32,000 bases of DNA from an uncultured archaeon (GTDB lineage: Archaea > Iainarchaeota > Iainarchaeia > Iainarchaeales > 0-14-0-20-30-16). Shown one piece after another: positions 1 to 7,816 of the stretch. The stretch lies in contig CAZMGA010000001.1 of NCBI GenBank assembly GCA_964565725.1, forward strand, positions 17,620 through 49,619, given 5' to 3'. How positions within the stretch are numbered: position 1 is the first letter of the stretch; every line of letters begins with the position of its first letter. Under the pieces are notes generated by a model, which saw only the letters and a program-made list of their open reading frames with translations, made no database searches and had not been told where the DNA came from. A program made the position numbers and the translations under genes.

Positions 1-1039
1 TTATTTTTGTAATAGGTATATCTCTTTGAATTCGCATCACTCTATTCCAATAAGGTATTAATGGGTAAAAACCTTTCAAAAAATTAAAAAAATCATCATC
101 ATTATATACTTTATATTTATTTTCTTTCCACAAGTTAAATAATTTAGTATTGGGCATTATTAACAAAGGATAAATTTTAAGCATATCTGGTTTAAAATAA
201 TTTTTTTTAAATAATTTAGAAAACATTTTTATATCTTTTTTAGAATCAGAATATAATCCTGGCATTATATGATACAATACTTTTAAACCGGAATCTTTTA
301 ATAATTGTGTTGATAATTTAACATCTTTAATGGTGTGGCCTCTATTTACTTTATTATAAATTTTATTAGATAATGTTTGTACACCTAATTCTATTCTTGT
401 AGCACCTAAATTTAATAAGTTTTTTATTTCTTCTTTACTGCACATATCAGGTCTGGTTTCTATAGTCAAACCTACTGGTCTATAATTACAAGTTTCTACT
501 GATTTTTTTGCAGCTTTTAATGATTTATGCTCTTTATTACTTAATGCATCATAAATTCTTTTTACAAAAAACTCTTGATAATCTAAAGGTTCATTATTAA
601 ATGTACCCCCCATAATTATTAATTCTATTTTTGAAACATCATGACCTACATTTTCTAATTGACTTATTCTATTTTTTACTTGTAAATAAGAATCATAATT
701 GTTTGCAATGGCTCTCATAGATGCTGGTTCAGAACCTGTATAACTTTGAGGCACATTCATATCTAAACCACCAGGACAAAAAATACACTTGCCATGTGGA
801 CAAACTCCTGGTCTACACATTACCGCTACAACATTTACCCCTGATAAAGAACGAGAATCTTTAATGGTTAAATATTTTTGTAGCTCTTTTTTGTTTTCTA
901 AATCACAATATTTATAAATTTCTGAATTTAGAGGTATTTTTTTTAAATTATATTTTGTCGCCAAATATATTTTTTTGTTATTCAAAGAATCAATATTAGG
1001 TTTTGATTTTAAAATAAAATCTATTAATTCTTTAGCCAT
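1..1039 (-). CDS. elp3: Elp3-like radical SAM tRNA-modification enzyme (N-terminal part; C-terminus lies beyond the left edge of the window)
   Basis: Frame is open from ATG (1039..1037) to the window edge and is absent from the ORF track because it is truncated. My translation reads MAKELIDFILKS...VCPHGKCIFCPGG...SYTGSEPA...KIELIIMGGTF...TRIELGVQT...HIMPGL. This is the Elp3-type radical-SAM Cys cluster plus flanking motifs. Confidence 0.85.
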   Translation of the reverse strand, partial: MAKELIDFILKSKPNIDSLNNKKIYLATKYNLKKIPLNSEIYKYCDLENKKELQKYLTIKDSRSLSGVNVVAVMCRPGVCPHGKCIFCPGGLDMNVPQSYTGSEPASMRAIANNYDSYLQVKNRISQLENVGHDVSKIELIIMGGTFNNEPLDYQEFFVKRIYDALSNKEHKSLKAAKKSVETCNYRPVGLTIETRPDMCSKEEIKNLLNLGATRIELGVQTLSNKIYNKVNRGHTIKDVKLSTQLLKDSGLKVLYHIMPGLYSDSKKDIKMFSKLFKKNYFKPDMLKIYPLLIMPNTKLFNLWKENKYKVYNDDDFFNFLKGFYPLIPYWNRVMRIQRDIPITKI

Positions 1040-1067
1040 TTTTTCAATAGAGGGCAAAAAATCACCT

Positions 1068-1811
1068 CTATGCTAATAAAGCTATAAAATAAGTAATTGA
1101 AGAATATAAATAAAAAATAGGATTTGCTATAAAAAAAGAATTAGCAGGTAAAGATAAAAAGTCTTGTAAATTTCTATTTATTAATATTGTTTTTTTACTT
1201 ATCAATTCTTTGTTTAAATTTTTTATATTTAAATAAAATTCTATATCATAATTTCCAGGATTTTTGGGAATAAATGAAAAATTATATTCTTTATTTGTTC
1301 TACCATCTAAAATAAAATTTATGTTAGGAAGTATGTTTTGAGGATAATTTGTACTTAAATAACCTTCAAATACGTTATCTGAATTATTAACAAAAGATAT
1401 TACTCCTTTTTTTTCTACAAATAAATTTCCTTCGTTAGTCATCAAAATATAGGTTTTTAAAAAATCTTTTGAAACTATTGCAGTTATTTTTTCAGTTATG
1501 TTTTGCTCAGATCCTTTGTAATGATAACTTATATTTATTTCATATTTACCTATTGGAGGATTTATTATTTCAAATCCATAGTATGGCCCTTTTAATTCAA
1601 AAACATTACATTTTAAAGAAGCACAATCTAAAGAATCTAAAATAATTGTTTGATTGTTTATAGAGTTTAAAAAATTTACCTCAATATTTAGACCTGGATA
1701 AATCCTTAATTCTTTACCATCAAATGAAGTAGGTAAAACAAACTCTAAAGAATAACTAAAACTTAATGTAAAAATAATTCCAAATAATAAAAATAACATT
1801 TTTTTTGCCAT
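1068..1811 (-). CDS. Hypothetical secreted/surface protein with an N-terminal signal-like helix and a C-terminal membrane anchor
   Basis: N-terminus MAKKMLFLLFGIIFTLSFS is hydrophobic. C-terminus IANPIFYLYSSITYFIALLA is hydrophobic. At least 5 N-x-S/T sequons (NQT, NIS, NIT, NNS, NFS). No recognisable enzymatic motif. Confidence 0.6.
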   Translation of the reverse strand: MAKKMLFLLFGIIFTLSFSYSLEFVLPTSFDGKELRIYPGLNIEVNFLNSINNQTIILDSLDCASLKCNVFELKGPYYGFEIINPPIGKYEINISYHYKGSEQNITEKITAIVSKDFLKTYILMTNEGNLFVEKKGVISFVNNSDNVFEGYLSTNYPQNILPNINFILDGRTNKEYNFSFIPKNPGNYDIEFYLNIKNLNKELISKKTILINRNLQDFLSLPANSFFIANPIFYLYSSITYFIALLA

Positions 1812-1878
1812 ATTTATAATATACCTATTGTGTTTAAAAACATTTGGTAATAATATATATTATATATAAGGTGAATTA

Positions 1879-2223
1879 ATGATATTAATTTGTAATGTGA
1901 GTAGAGGCAAAGGTAGTTGGGGACACATAACTCGTTTAATTAATGACAATTCATGGGATGCAATATATTTAGTAACTAATGATTGGTGTAAACAAAATTT
2001 TGCTCCAAAAAAAGAAGTTAATTGGATTTTAATAAATAGAAACATGGGTTTTGATTTAATGAAAAAAACTATTAAAGAACAATTACCTTCAGGAAAAGAA
2101 ATTGCTTTAAATATTATTTCCGGAGATGGAAAAGAACATATGGCTCTATTAGTAAGTTGCAAAGAAAAATATTCTAATTTTAATTATGCTATTTTAACAA
2201 AAGATGGTTTAAAATATTATTAA
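1879..2223 (+). CDS. Small hypothetical alpha/beta protein (Rossmann-like, possible minimal CARF-like domain)
   Basis: AAGGTGA ribosome-binding site 4 nt upstream of the ATG. Alternating strand/helix pattern: ILICNVS-RGKG..., AIYLVT, NWILIN, IALNIISGDGKEHMALLVS, and a terminal hairpin YAILTKDGLKYY. Ser after strand 1 and an S-x3-K after strand 4 resemble CARF signatures. The fold call is unverified. Confidence 0.5.
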   Translation: MILICNVSRGKGSWGHITRLINDNSWDAIYLVTNDWCKQNFAPKKEVNWILINRNMGFDLMKKTIKEQLPSGKEIALNIISGDGKEHMALLVSCKEKYSNFNYAILTKDGLKYY

Positions 2224-3360
2224 TTATTTTTTAAAGTTATTATAATTTTCAATTATTAATTTTTTATATTTTGCAAATTCGCTTTTTTTAATAAAGAATC
2301 CAGCTGCAACGCTATGCCCTCCTCCAACTAATGTTTTACAGGTTTGTTTTGCAAAGTTTCCCAAAACAACTAAATCTATTATTTGAGATCTTGAAGAAAT
2401 ATTATAGCCTTTTTCTTTTTTATTTTCAAATGCTAAAAAGGTGGTTGTACCTGGATAAACTACTTGTAAATTTACGTTTATATTTAATTTATATTTTTTA
2501 TCTTTTTCTCTTAATTCTAAAAATATTAAATCTTCAACTCTAAAAATATTTCTAAAAATTCTGTTCAATGCTTTATTAACTCTTTCATTTTGTTTGTTTA
2601 ATTTTTTATAAAACTTTTCAGGCAATAATATAATTGATTGTAAATCTTTATCAGTTTCTAAAAATAATTTTTCAAAGGCCCATAAAGAACCAAATTCGGG
2701 GTCAGTTAATTGAAAACAAATTGTATTTAATATATTGTTTGATGGAACAATATAACCTCCATTTACAAAATATTCTGAATTGTTTTTTTCAATACCCAAA
2801 TATATTAAAGAACCAATTGGAAACCAATCAGACATTGATGAGGCAAAAGCTATTTTTTCTAAAATTTCATCTTTGCCAAACATAAATCTATATGCACAAT
2901 AAACTAAAGCGCAAGCACAACAATTTTCTTTTGATTTCATTTCATCGTGATACATAGGGTTTATTATCAAATCAAAAGATTCTAATTTGCAATCTTCATT
3001 AATTTTATGATGATCAATTACTCCTATAAAAGTATTTTTTAAAAAAGAATAATCATTAAGTGAAAAGTCTAACAAAAAAATATATTTAAAAGTTTGTAAA
3101 TATTTTTGTTTTTCAATATTGTTTTTAATTAAACCTCTAAAATCGTGATCTACAAAAATTACTTGAAAATCTTTTTTATATTCAAATCCTAATTTTCTTA
3201 ATATTTTTGCAAATATTGCTGCTGCAGGAATTCCATCCCCATCATTGTCAGCAATAATTAAAATATTGTCATTTTTTTTAATATTTTCTAAGACGGTTTT
3301 TAATTCTTCAAATTTTTCTTGCATTGGAATATAACTTTCTACTTTACTAACCACAAACAC
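2224..3360 (-). CDS. DHH/DHHA1 family phosphoesterase (archaeal RecJ/GAN-like or nanoRNase-like)
   Basis: Motifs IIADNDGDGIPAAA (DxD), VIDHHKI (DHH) and LVGGGHSVAAG (DHHA1 GGGH). The track start at 3360 is GTG. An in-frame ATG at 3324 (MQEKFEELK...) is an equally plausible start. Confidence 0.8.
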   Translation of the reverse strand: MFVVSKVESYIPMQEKFEELKTVLENIKKNDNILIIADNDGDGIPAAAIFAKILRKLGFEYKKDFQVIFVDHDFRGLIKNNIEKQKYLQTFKYIFLLDFSLNDYSFLKNTFIGVIDHHKINEDCKLESFDLIINPMYHDEMKSKENCCACALVYCAYRFMFGKDEILEKIAFASSMSDWFPIGSLIYLGIEKNNSEYFVNGGYIVPSNNILNTICFQLTDPEFGSLWAFEKLFLETDKDLQSIILLPEKFYKKLNKQNERVNKALNRIFRNIFRVEDLIFLELREKDKKYKLNINVNLQVVYPGTTTFLAFENKKEKGYNISSRSQIIDLVVLGNFAKQTCKTLVGGGHSVAAGFFIKKSEFAKYKKLIIENYNNFKK

Positions 3361-3388
3361 ACCACAAATACTTTTAATAAATATTAAC

Positions 3389-3940
3389 TTAACAATTTAA
3401 CTTTATATCCTTTTTCATATTTATTTTTTTGTTTTTTAAATCATAATATTTTGGATCTACAAATCTAAACTTTTTAGTTAATTCTAAGTCAAAATCTATT
3501 TCTACTAATTTATAATCTAAAACTTTAAATATTTTATTTAGTTGGAATTCAACATATTTATCATTAGAATTTAACAATAAGTCTAAAATATACTGATCAT
3601 CTTTATTTAAATCTAGTAAAGAAATAATATTTTTTTCTGCAGAATACTTCAATAAATTTGCAGTTAACTCATATCTTATTATATTTTCTATTGATCCCCA
3701 ATGCTCTAATTGCAAATCAAAATAATATTTTGCAAATAATTCTGCGCTTTTTTTATTTTTAAAAATGATTTCTTTATTTTTAACAATTAAATTATTATAA
3801 CAATATATAGCGCCAGCTTTAGACTTTCTTTGATATACTTCTCTTAAAGTATAATCTATTCTATCGGCACATAAGTGAGGAGCTTTTCTTTCTAATAATA
3901 AAAAGTTTGATTCGTCTAAAATATAATCAAAACTTAACAT
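3389..3940 (-). CDS. HD-superfamily phosphohydrolase, C-terminal fragment (carries the distal metal-binding Asp motif)
   Basis: Contains LCADRIDYTLRE, the D-x-x-D-Y-x-x-R motif of SAMHD1/COG1078-like HD proteins. Lies 35 nt downstream of the N-terminal fragment in a different frame. Confidence 0.6.
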   Translation of the reverse strand: MLSFDYILDESNFLLLERKAPHLCADRIDYTLREVYQRKSKAGAIYCYNNLIVKNKEIIFKNKKSAELFAKYYFDLQLEHWGSIENIIRYELTANLLKYSAEKNIISLLDLNKDDQYILDLLLNSNDKYVEFQLNKIFKVLDYKLVEIDFDLELTKKFRFVDPKYYDLKNKKINMKKDIKLNC

Positions 3941-3975
3941 ATGTTTTTTAAATAATTTTGGAATATTTGTTTTTT

Positions 3976-4308
3976 CTAAAATTCTTTTAAAATATTATCT
4001 CCATACTCTTCCTCTTTATTTTTGTATAAAAAATCAACTACGTGTGAAAAAGCAGCGTGGGATGCATCATTTAATAAACCAGCAATTTGTTCTTCTAAAG
4101 AAGCATTTAATTTTCTTAATAATAACATAACACCTATAGAATGATCATATCTAGTAAATGTTTTTCTATAATAATATTTTTGTGGTAAGCCGTGTTGCCA
4201 AATTTTTTTTAATCTTTGTATTGGTTTAGAATTAATTAATTCTATTAATATAGGTTCAGTAATTTCAAACTTACCATATAGAGGATCTTTTATTTTAATT
4301 GTGTTCAT
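3976..4308 (-). CDS. HD-superfamily phosphohydrolase, N-terminal fragment (SAMHD1/COG1078-like) with HD changed to ND
   Basis: IKDPLYGKFEITEPILIELINSKPIQRLKKIWQHG...RYDHSIGV...AGLLNDASHAAFSH matches the N-terminal half of the family. The canonical LLHD is LLND here (codon AAT). Ends at TAG 3976-3978. Confidence 0.65.
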   Translation of the reverse strand: MNTIKIKDPLYGKFEITEPILIELINSKPIQRLKKIWQHGLPQKYYYRKTFTRYDHSIGVMLLLRKLNASLEEQIAGLLNDASHAAFSHVVDFLYKNKEEEYGDNILKEF

Positions 4309-4316
4309 AATTTCAC

Positions 4317-5360
4317 TTAATAATATAAAAATGCAATAATTCCTGAAAAACTAGATATAATTTTACCAGAATCACTATTTGATGAAACTATTTTATAATC
4401 TATCTTTTTATTATCTAATTTTAACAAAAAATCTTTTAATTCTTCAAAATTATTTTTAAAAAAATCATCTGTAATTAAAACTAATTTTAATGCGTTTTTT
4501 TCATTAGCCTGTTTAATTTCTTCAAAACCATATGCAACTGGTTTTTCTTTCGACAAATCTTTTAAAAATTCATTTATTAGTTGAGTATTTTGTTGTGCTG
4601 CATTATCATTTAAGATATTATTTAATATACCTCCATTTAATGCTTCTCTAATTCCAGATATTCCTGGAGAACCTATGTTTGTAAATATAAATTTAGACTG
4701 CTGTTTTTTTTCTAAATTTTTTTCTAACAAATATTTTTGAAAATTGTCTTTTTCAAAGCCTGGCCCCCCAACTATTACTGTTTCATAATCAGAATTTAAA
4801 AATATTTTTAAAATACTTGAAAAATATTCAATTCTATTTTTATTTCTTAAATCAGGATTTTTTTTACCACTGCCTTTGAATTTAATTTCTGCAATAAGGG
4901 TATAATTGCAATCGTTTAATTTTGCAATTAATGCAGAATCATCATCTAAAATTAAAAACATTATTTTTTTATTGTATATTTTATTTAAAGAATTGTTTAA
5001 CATTTTTTTGTGTAATTCCAAAAATAAATTTTTAGTTATTGATATTGTATCTCCAAAAGATAAATCAAAAGAATGATATTCTCCAATATTTACATATTCT
5101 AAAGGAACCCCATCTATAATTTTTCCCAATATTTTTAATATTCCTAACTCAAAATTCAAATCTATTTTTTCAGCTTTTATTTTTAAAAATACAGTTTTCT
5201 TTTCACTATTTTCACTATCATTTACACGAAAACGTCTAGTTGTTTTTCCACCAACAACATCATTTTGAGATATAAATATGTTTAAAAACCACAAATCATC
5301 TAGGGTTTCAACACCAAACTCAAAAAACAAGGTTTTAAAATCTTTTTTATATACTTTCAT
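4317..5360 (-). CDS. pelA: Pelota (Dom34 homologue), ribosome rescue factor
   Basis: eRF1-like three-domain protein with GGPGFEKDNF. The track start (5429) is a TTG that would overlap ABCE1. The ATG at 5360 (MKVYKKDFK...) gives a typical ~347 aa Pelota. Confidence 0.85.
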   Translation of the reverse strand: MKVYKKDFKTLFFEFGVETLDDLWFLNIFISQNDVVGGKTTRRFRVNDSENSEKKTVFLKIKAEKIDLNFELGILKILGKIIDGVPLEYVNIGEYHSFDLSFGDTISITKNLFLELHKKMLNNSLNKIYNKKIMFLILDDDSALIAKLNDCNYTLIAEIKFKGSGKKNPDLRNKNRIEYFSSILKIFLNSDYETVIVGGPGFEKDNFQKYLLEKNLEKKQQSKFIFTNIGSPGISGIREALNGGILNNILNDNAAQQNTQLINEFLKDLSKEKPVAYGFEEIKQANEKNALKLVLITDDFFKNNFEELKDFLLKLDNKKIDYKIVSSNSDSGKIISSFSGIIAFLYY

Positions 5361-5407
5361 ATAATATATATAAAATAAAATGTTTAAAAAATGTGTTAAG
5401 GGATTGA
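5361..5407. promoter_or_regulatory. 47-bp divergent promoter/5'-UTR region shared by pelota and ABCE1
   Basis: The only spacer between the two divergent starts. Contains ATATATATAAAATAAAAT TATA-like sequence and a GGGAT ribosome-binding site before the ABCE1 ATG. Confidence 0.4.
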
Positions 5408-7141
5408 ATGTATAAAAAACGTATTGCAATTATAGACCAAAAAAAATGTAAACCAAAACTTTGTGGAGAAATTTGCATTAAATTATGTCCTATGCTAAGA
5501 TTAAACAAAAAGGCAATTTATAATGAAAATGATGAAATAAAAATAGAGGAAGGTTTGTGTTCTGGTTGTGGTATTTGTTCTACAAAATGTCCTTTTGATG
5601 CAATAAAAATAATTAATTTGGAATTAAATTTGGATAATCCTTTACATCAATATGGCGAAAATAGATTTAGATTGTTTAGATTTTTAGAATTACCAAAAAA
5701 TGGCAATTTAGGTATAATAGGACAAAATGGAATTGGAAAAAGTACCATAATAAAAATTCTTGCGGGCCAAATTATTCCTAATATGGGGGATTATAAAAAC
5801 AATAATATAAACTATGAAAATATAATTAATTTTTACAAAGGAAAAGAAAATCAAAAAATATTTTTAGAATTAAAAAATAATAATTTTGATTTTGCATATA
5901 AACCCCAAAATATAGAATTAATTCCTAAAACATTTTCTGGGACTGTTTTAAGCTTATTAAAAAAATGTGATAAAAAGGACAATTTAAAAAATATAATTAT
6001 TGACTGGAATTTAGAAAATATATTAGATAAAGATATTAAATTTTTGTCAGGTGGAGAATTACAAAAAGTTGCAATTGTTGCAACTGTTTTAAAAAATGCA
6101 AATTTAAGTTTTTTTGATGAACCAAGTTCATTTTTAGACATTAAACAAAGATTTTTATTTGCAAAAAATATTCAAAATGAAAAAAAAAATATAATTATAG
6201 AACATGATTTGGCGATATTAGATTATATATCTGATTATATAAATATTTTATTTGGTAAATCTCACGCTTACGGAGTAGTTAGTCATATAAAAAATACTAA
6301 TGTAGGAATAAACGAATTTTTAGAGGGTTATATAAAAGATGAAAATTTAAAATTTAGAAATTATAATTTGAATGTAGAATACACACCTTCAAATATTAAA
6401 CATAAAGATATTTTGTTTAGTTATCCTGAAAAAGAAATTAATTTAGGCAATTTTAATTTAAAATATAAATCTAGCGATGTTTATAGCAATCAAATTATAG
6501 GAATCTTAGGAGAAAATGGAACTGGAAAAACAACTTTCATAAAAGATATTTTAAAAAATAATAAAAATAATACTTTAAAATTTGCATATAAACCTCAAAG
6601 TTTATCTTTTGATACTAATATTATGAACTTACCAGTTTTTCTTTATTTAAAAGATGGAAATCAAGAAATATTAAAAGAATTATGGGATAAATTAAACATA
6701 GAAAGAATAAAAAATTATAAACTAAGTGAATTAAATGGAGGAGACTTGCAAAAAGTAATTGTTTGCAAAACTCTTTGTGAAGATGCGAATGTATATTTGA
6801 TTGATGAACCTTCTGCATTTTTAGATGTTGAAGAAAGATTAAATGTAGCAAAAGTTATAAGAAATGTAATTTTCAAAAAAAATAAAATTGCTTTTGTAAT
6901 AGATCACGATATTTTGTTTATTGATTTTATATCTGATAATTTATTAATTTTTGACGGTTTGCCTGGAAAAGAAGGACGTGTATTTAATATAATGAATAAA
7001 AAAGAAGGTATGAATCTTTTTTTGAAAAAACTAAATATAACATATAGAAAAGATCCTATAACTAAAAGACCAAGAATAAATAAAATAGACTCTAGTAAAG
7101 ATAAAGAACAAAAAAATAATAATAATTTTTATGAAAATTAA
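5408..7141 (+). CDS. ABCE1 / RNase L inhibitor homologue (ribosome recycling ATPase)
   Basis: N-terminal double 4Fe-4S domain (CKPKLCGEICIKLCP; CSGCGICSTKCP). Two ABC cassettes (GIIGQNGIGKST, LSGGELQKVAI; GILGENGTGKTT, LNGGDLQKVIV). Confidence 0.95.
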   Translation: MYKKRIAIIDQKKCKPKLCGEICIKLCPMLRLNKKAIYNENDEIKIEEGLCSGCGICSTKCPFDAIKIINLELNLDNPLHQYGENRFRLFRFLELPKNGNLGIIGQNGIGKSTIIKILAGQIIPNMGDYKNNNINYENIINFYKGKENQKIFLELKNNNFDFAYKPQNIELIPKTFSGTVLSLLKKCDKKDNLKNIIIDWNLENILDKDIKFLSGGELQKVAIVATVLKNANLSFFDEPSSFLDIKQRFLFAKNIQNEKKNIIIEHDLAILDYISDYINILFGKSHAYGVVSHIKNTNVGINEFLEGYIKDENLKFRNYNLNVEYTPSNIKHKDILFSYPEKEINLGNFNLKYKSSDVYSNQIIGILGENGTGKTTFIKDILKNNKNNTLKFAYKPQSLSFDTNIMNLPVFLYLKDGNQEILKELWDKLNIERIKNYKLSELNGGDLQKVIVCKTLCEDANVYLIDEPSAFLDVEERLNVAKVIRNVIFKKNKIAFVIDHDILFIDFISDNLLIFDGLPGKEGRVFNIMNKKEGMNLFLKKLNITYRKDPITKRPRINKIDSSKDKEQKNNNNFYEN

Positions 7142-7179
7142 AATGTTTATTTTATAAATACTTTGTATCCTATAATAAT

Positions 7180-7707
7180 ATGCAAGAACTTCTAGATTTA
7201 AATGTTGTTAAAGATTATTTAAATAAAATAGATGATAATGCATATGATCTTTTAAAAGAATGGAGCAAAAATTCATCAATAAAAAATGATGAAAAATTAG
7301 CAGAAATGATGAATCAAAAGGTAACAATTATTAGAACAACTTTAAATAAATTAAGTTTTAGAGGAATAATAACTTACGAAAAAGAAAAAGATCAAAATTC
7401 AGGTTGGTATAATTTTTATTGGAATATTAACTTTAAAAAATTAGCAACTTTAATAACTAAAGAACATTTAGAAAGAAGAGATAAATTAAAAACAAAATTA
7501 AATCAATTACAAGATTATGATTTTTTTACTTGCAATAATGTATGTAAAGAAATTCCATTTGAAATTGCAGCAGAATACAATTTTAATTGTCCTCACTGCA
7601 ATCAAAATTTAGCAATGATTGATAAAAAAATTCATGGCAAAAAAATTGTTGATGAAATATCACAAATAGAACAAGATTTGGTATTTATAAAAAAAATATA
7701 TAACTAA
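7180..7707 (+). CDS. tfe: Transcription factor E (TFE, TFIIE-alpha homologue)
   Basis: Winged-helix region (NDEKLAEMMNQKVTIIRTTLNKLSFRGIITYEKEKDQNSGWYNFYW) followed by a Zn-ribbon (CNNVC...CPHCNQNL). Confidence 0.85.
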   Translation: MQELLDLNVVKDYLNKIDDNAYDLLKEWSKNSSIKNDEKLAEMMNQKVTIIRTTLNKLSFRGIITYEKEKDQNSGWYNFYWNINFKKLATLITKEHLERRDKLKTKLNQLQDYDFFTCNNVCKEIPFEIAAEYNFNCPHCNQNLAMIDKKIHGKKIVDEISQIEQDLVFIKKIYN

Positions 7708-7782
7708 AGCGAGGTAGGGCAGCTTGGAGTGCCCGCCGGGCTCATAACCCGGAGGTCGTTGGTTCAAATCCAACCCTCGCTA
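7708..7782 (+). tRNA. tRNA-Met (CAT anticodon), initiator type
   Basis: Hand-folded cloverleaf. Acceptor AGCGAGG/CCTCGCT. D stem GGGC/GCCC. Anticodon stem CCGGG/CCCGG with loop CTCATAA (CAT at 7743-7745). 5-nt variable loop. T stem GTTGG/CCAAC with loop TTCAAAT. Discriminator A. A1:U72 plus three G:C pairs closing the anticodon stem are initiator hallmarks. CCA is not encoded. Confidence 0.9.
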
Positions 7783-7785
7783 TAC

Positions 7786-7790
7786 TTTTT
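7786..7790 (+). terminator. Oligo-T tract immediately after the tRNA (candidate archaeal terminator)
   Basis: TTTTT begins 4 nt after the discriminator base. Such runs are common in this AT-rich DNA, so specificity is low. Confidence 0.3.
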
Positions 7791-7816
7791 AAATCTTATT
7801 TATTTTAATATATAAT

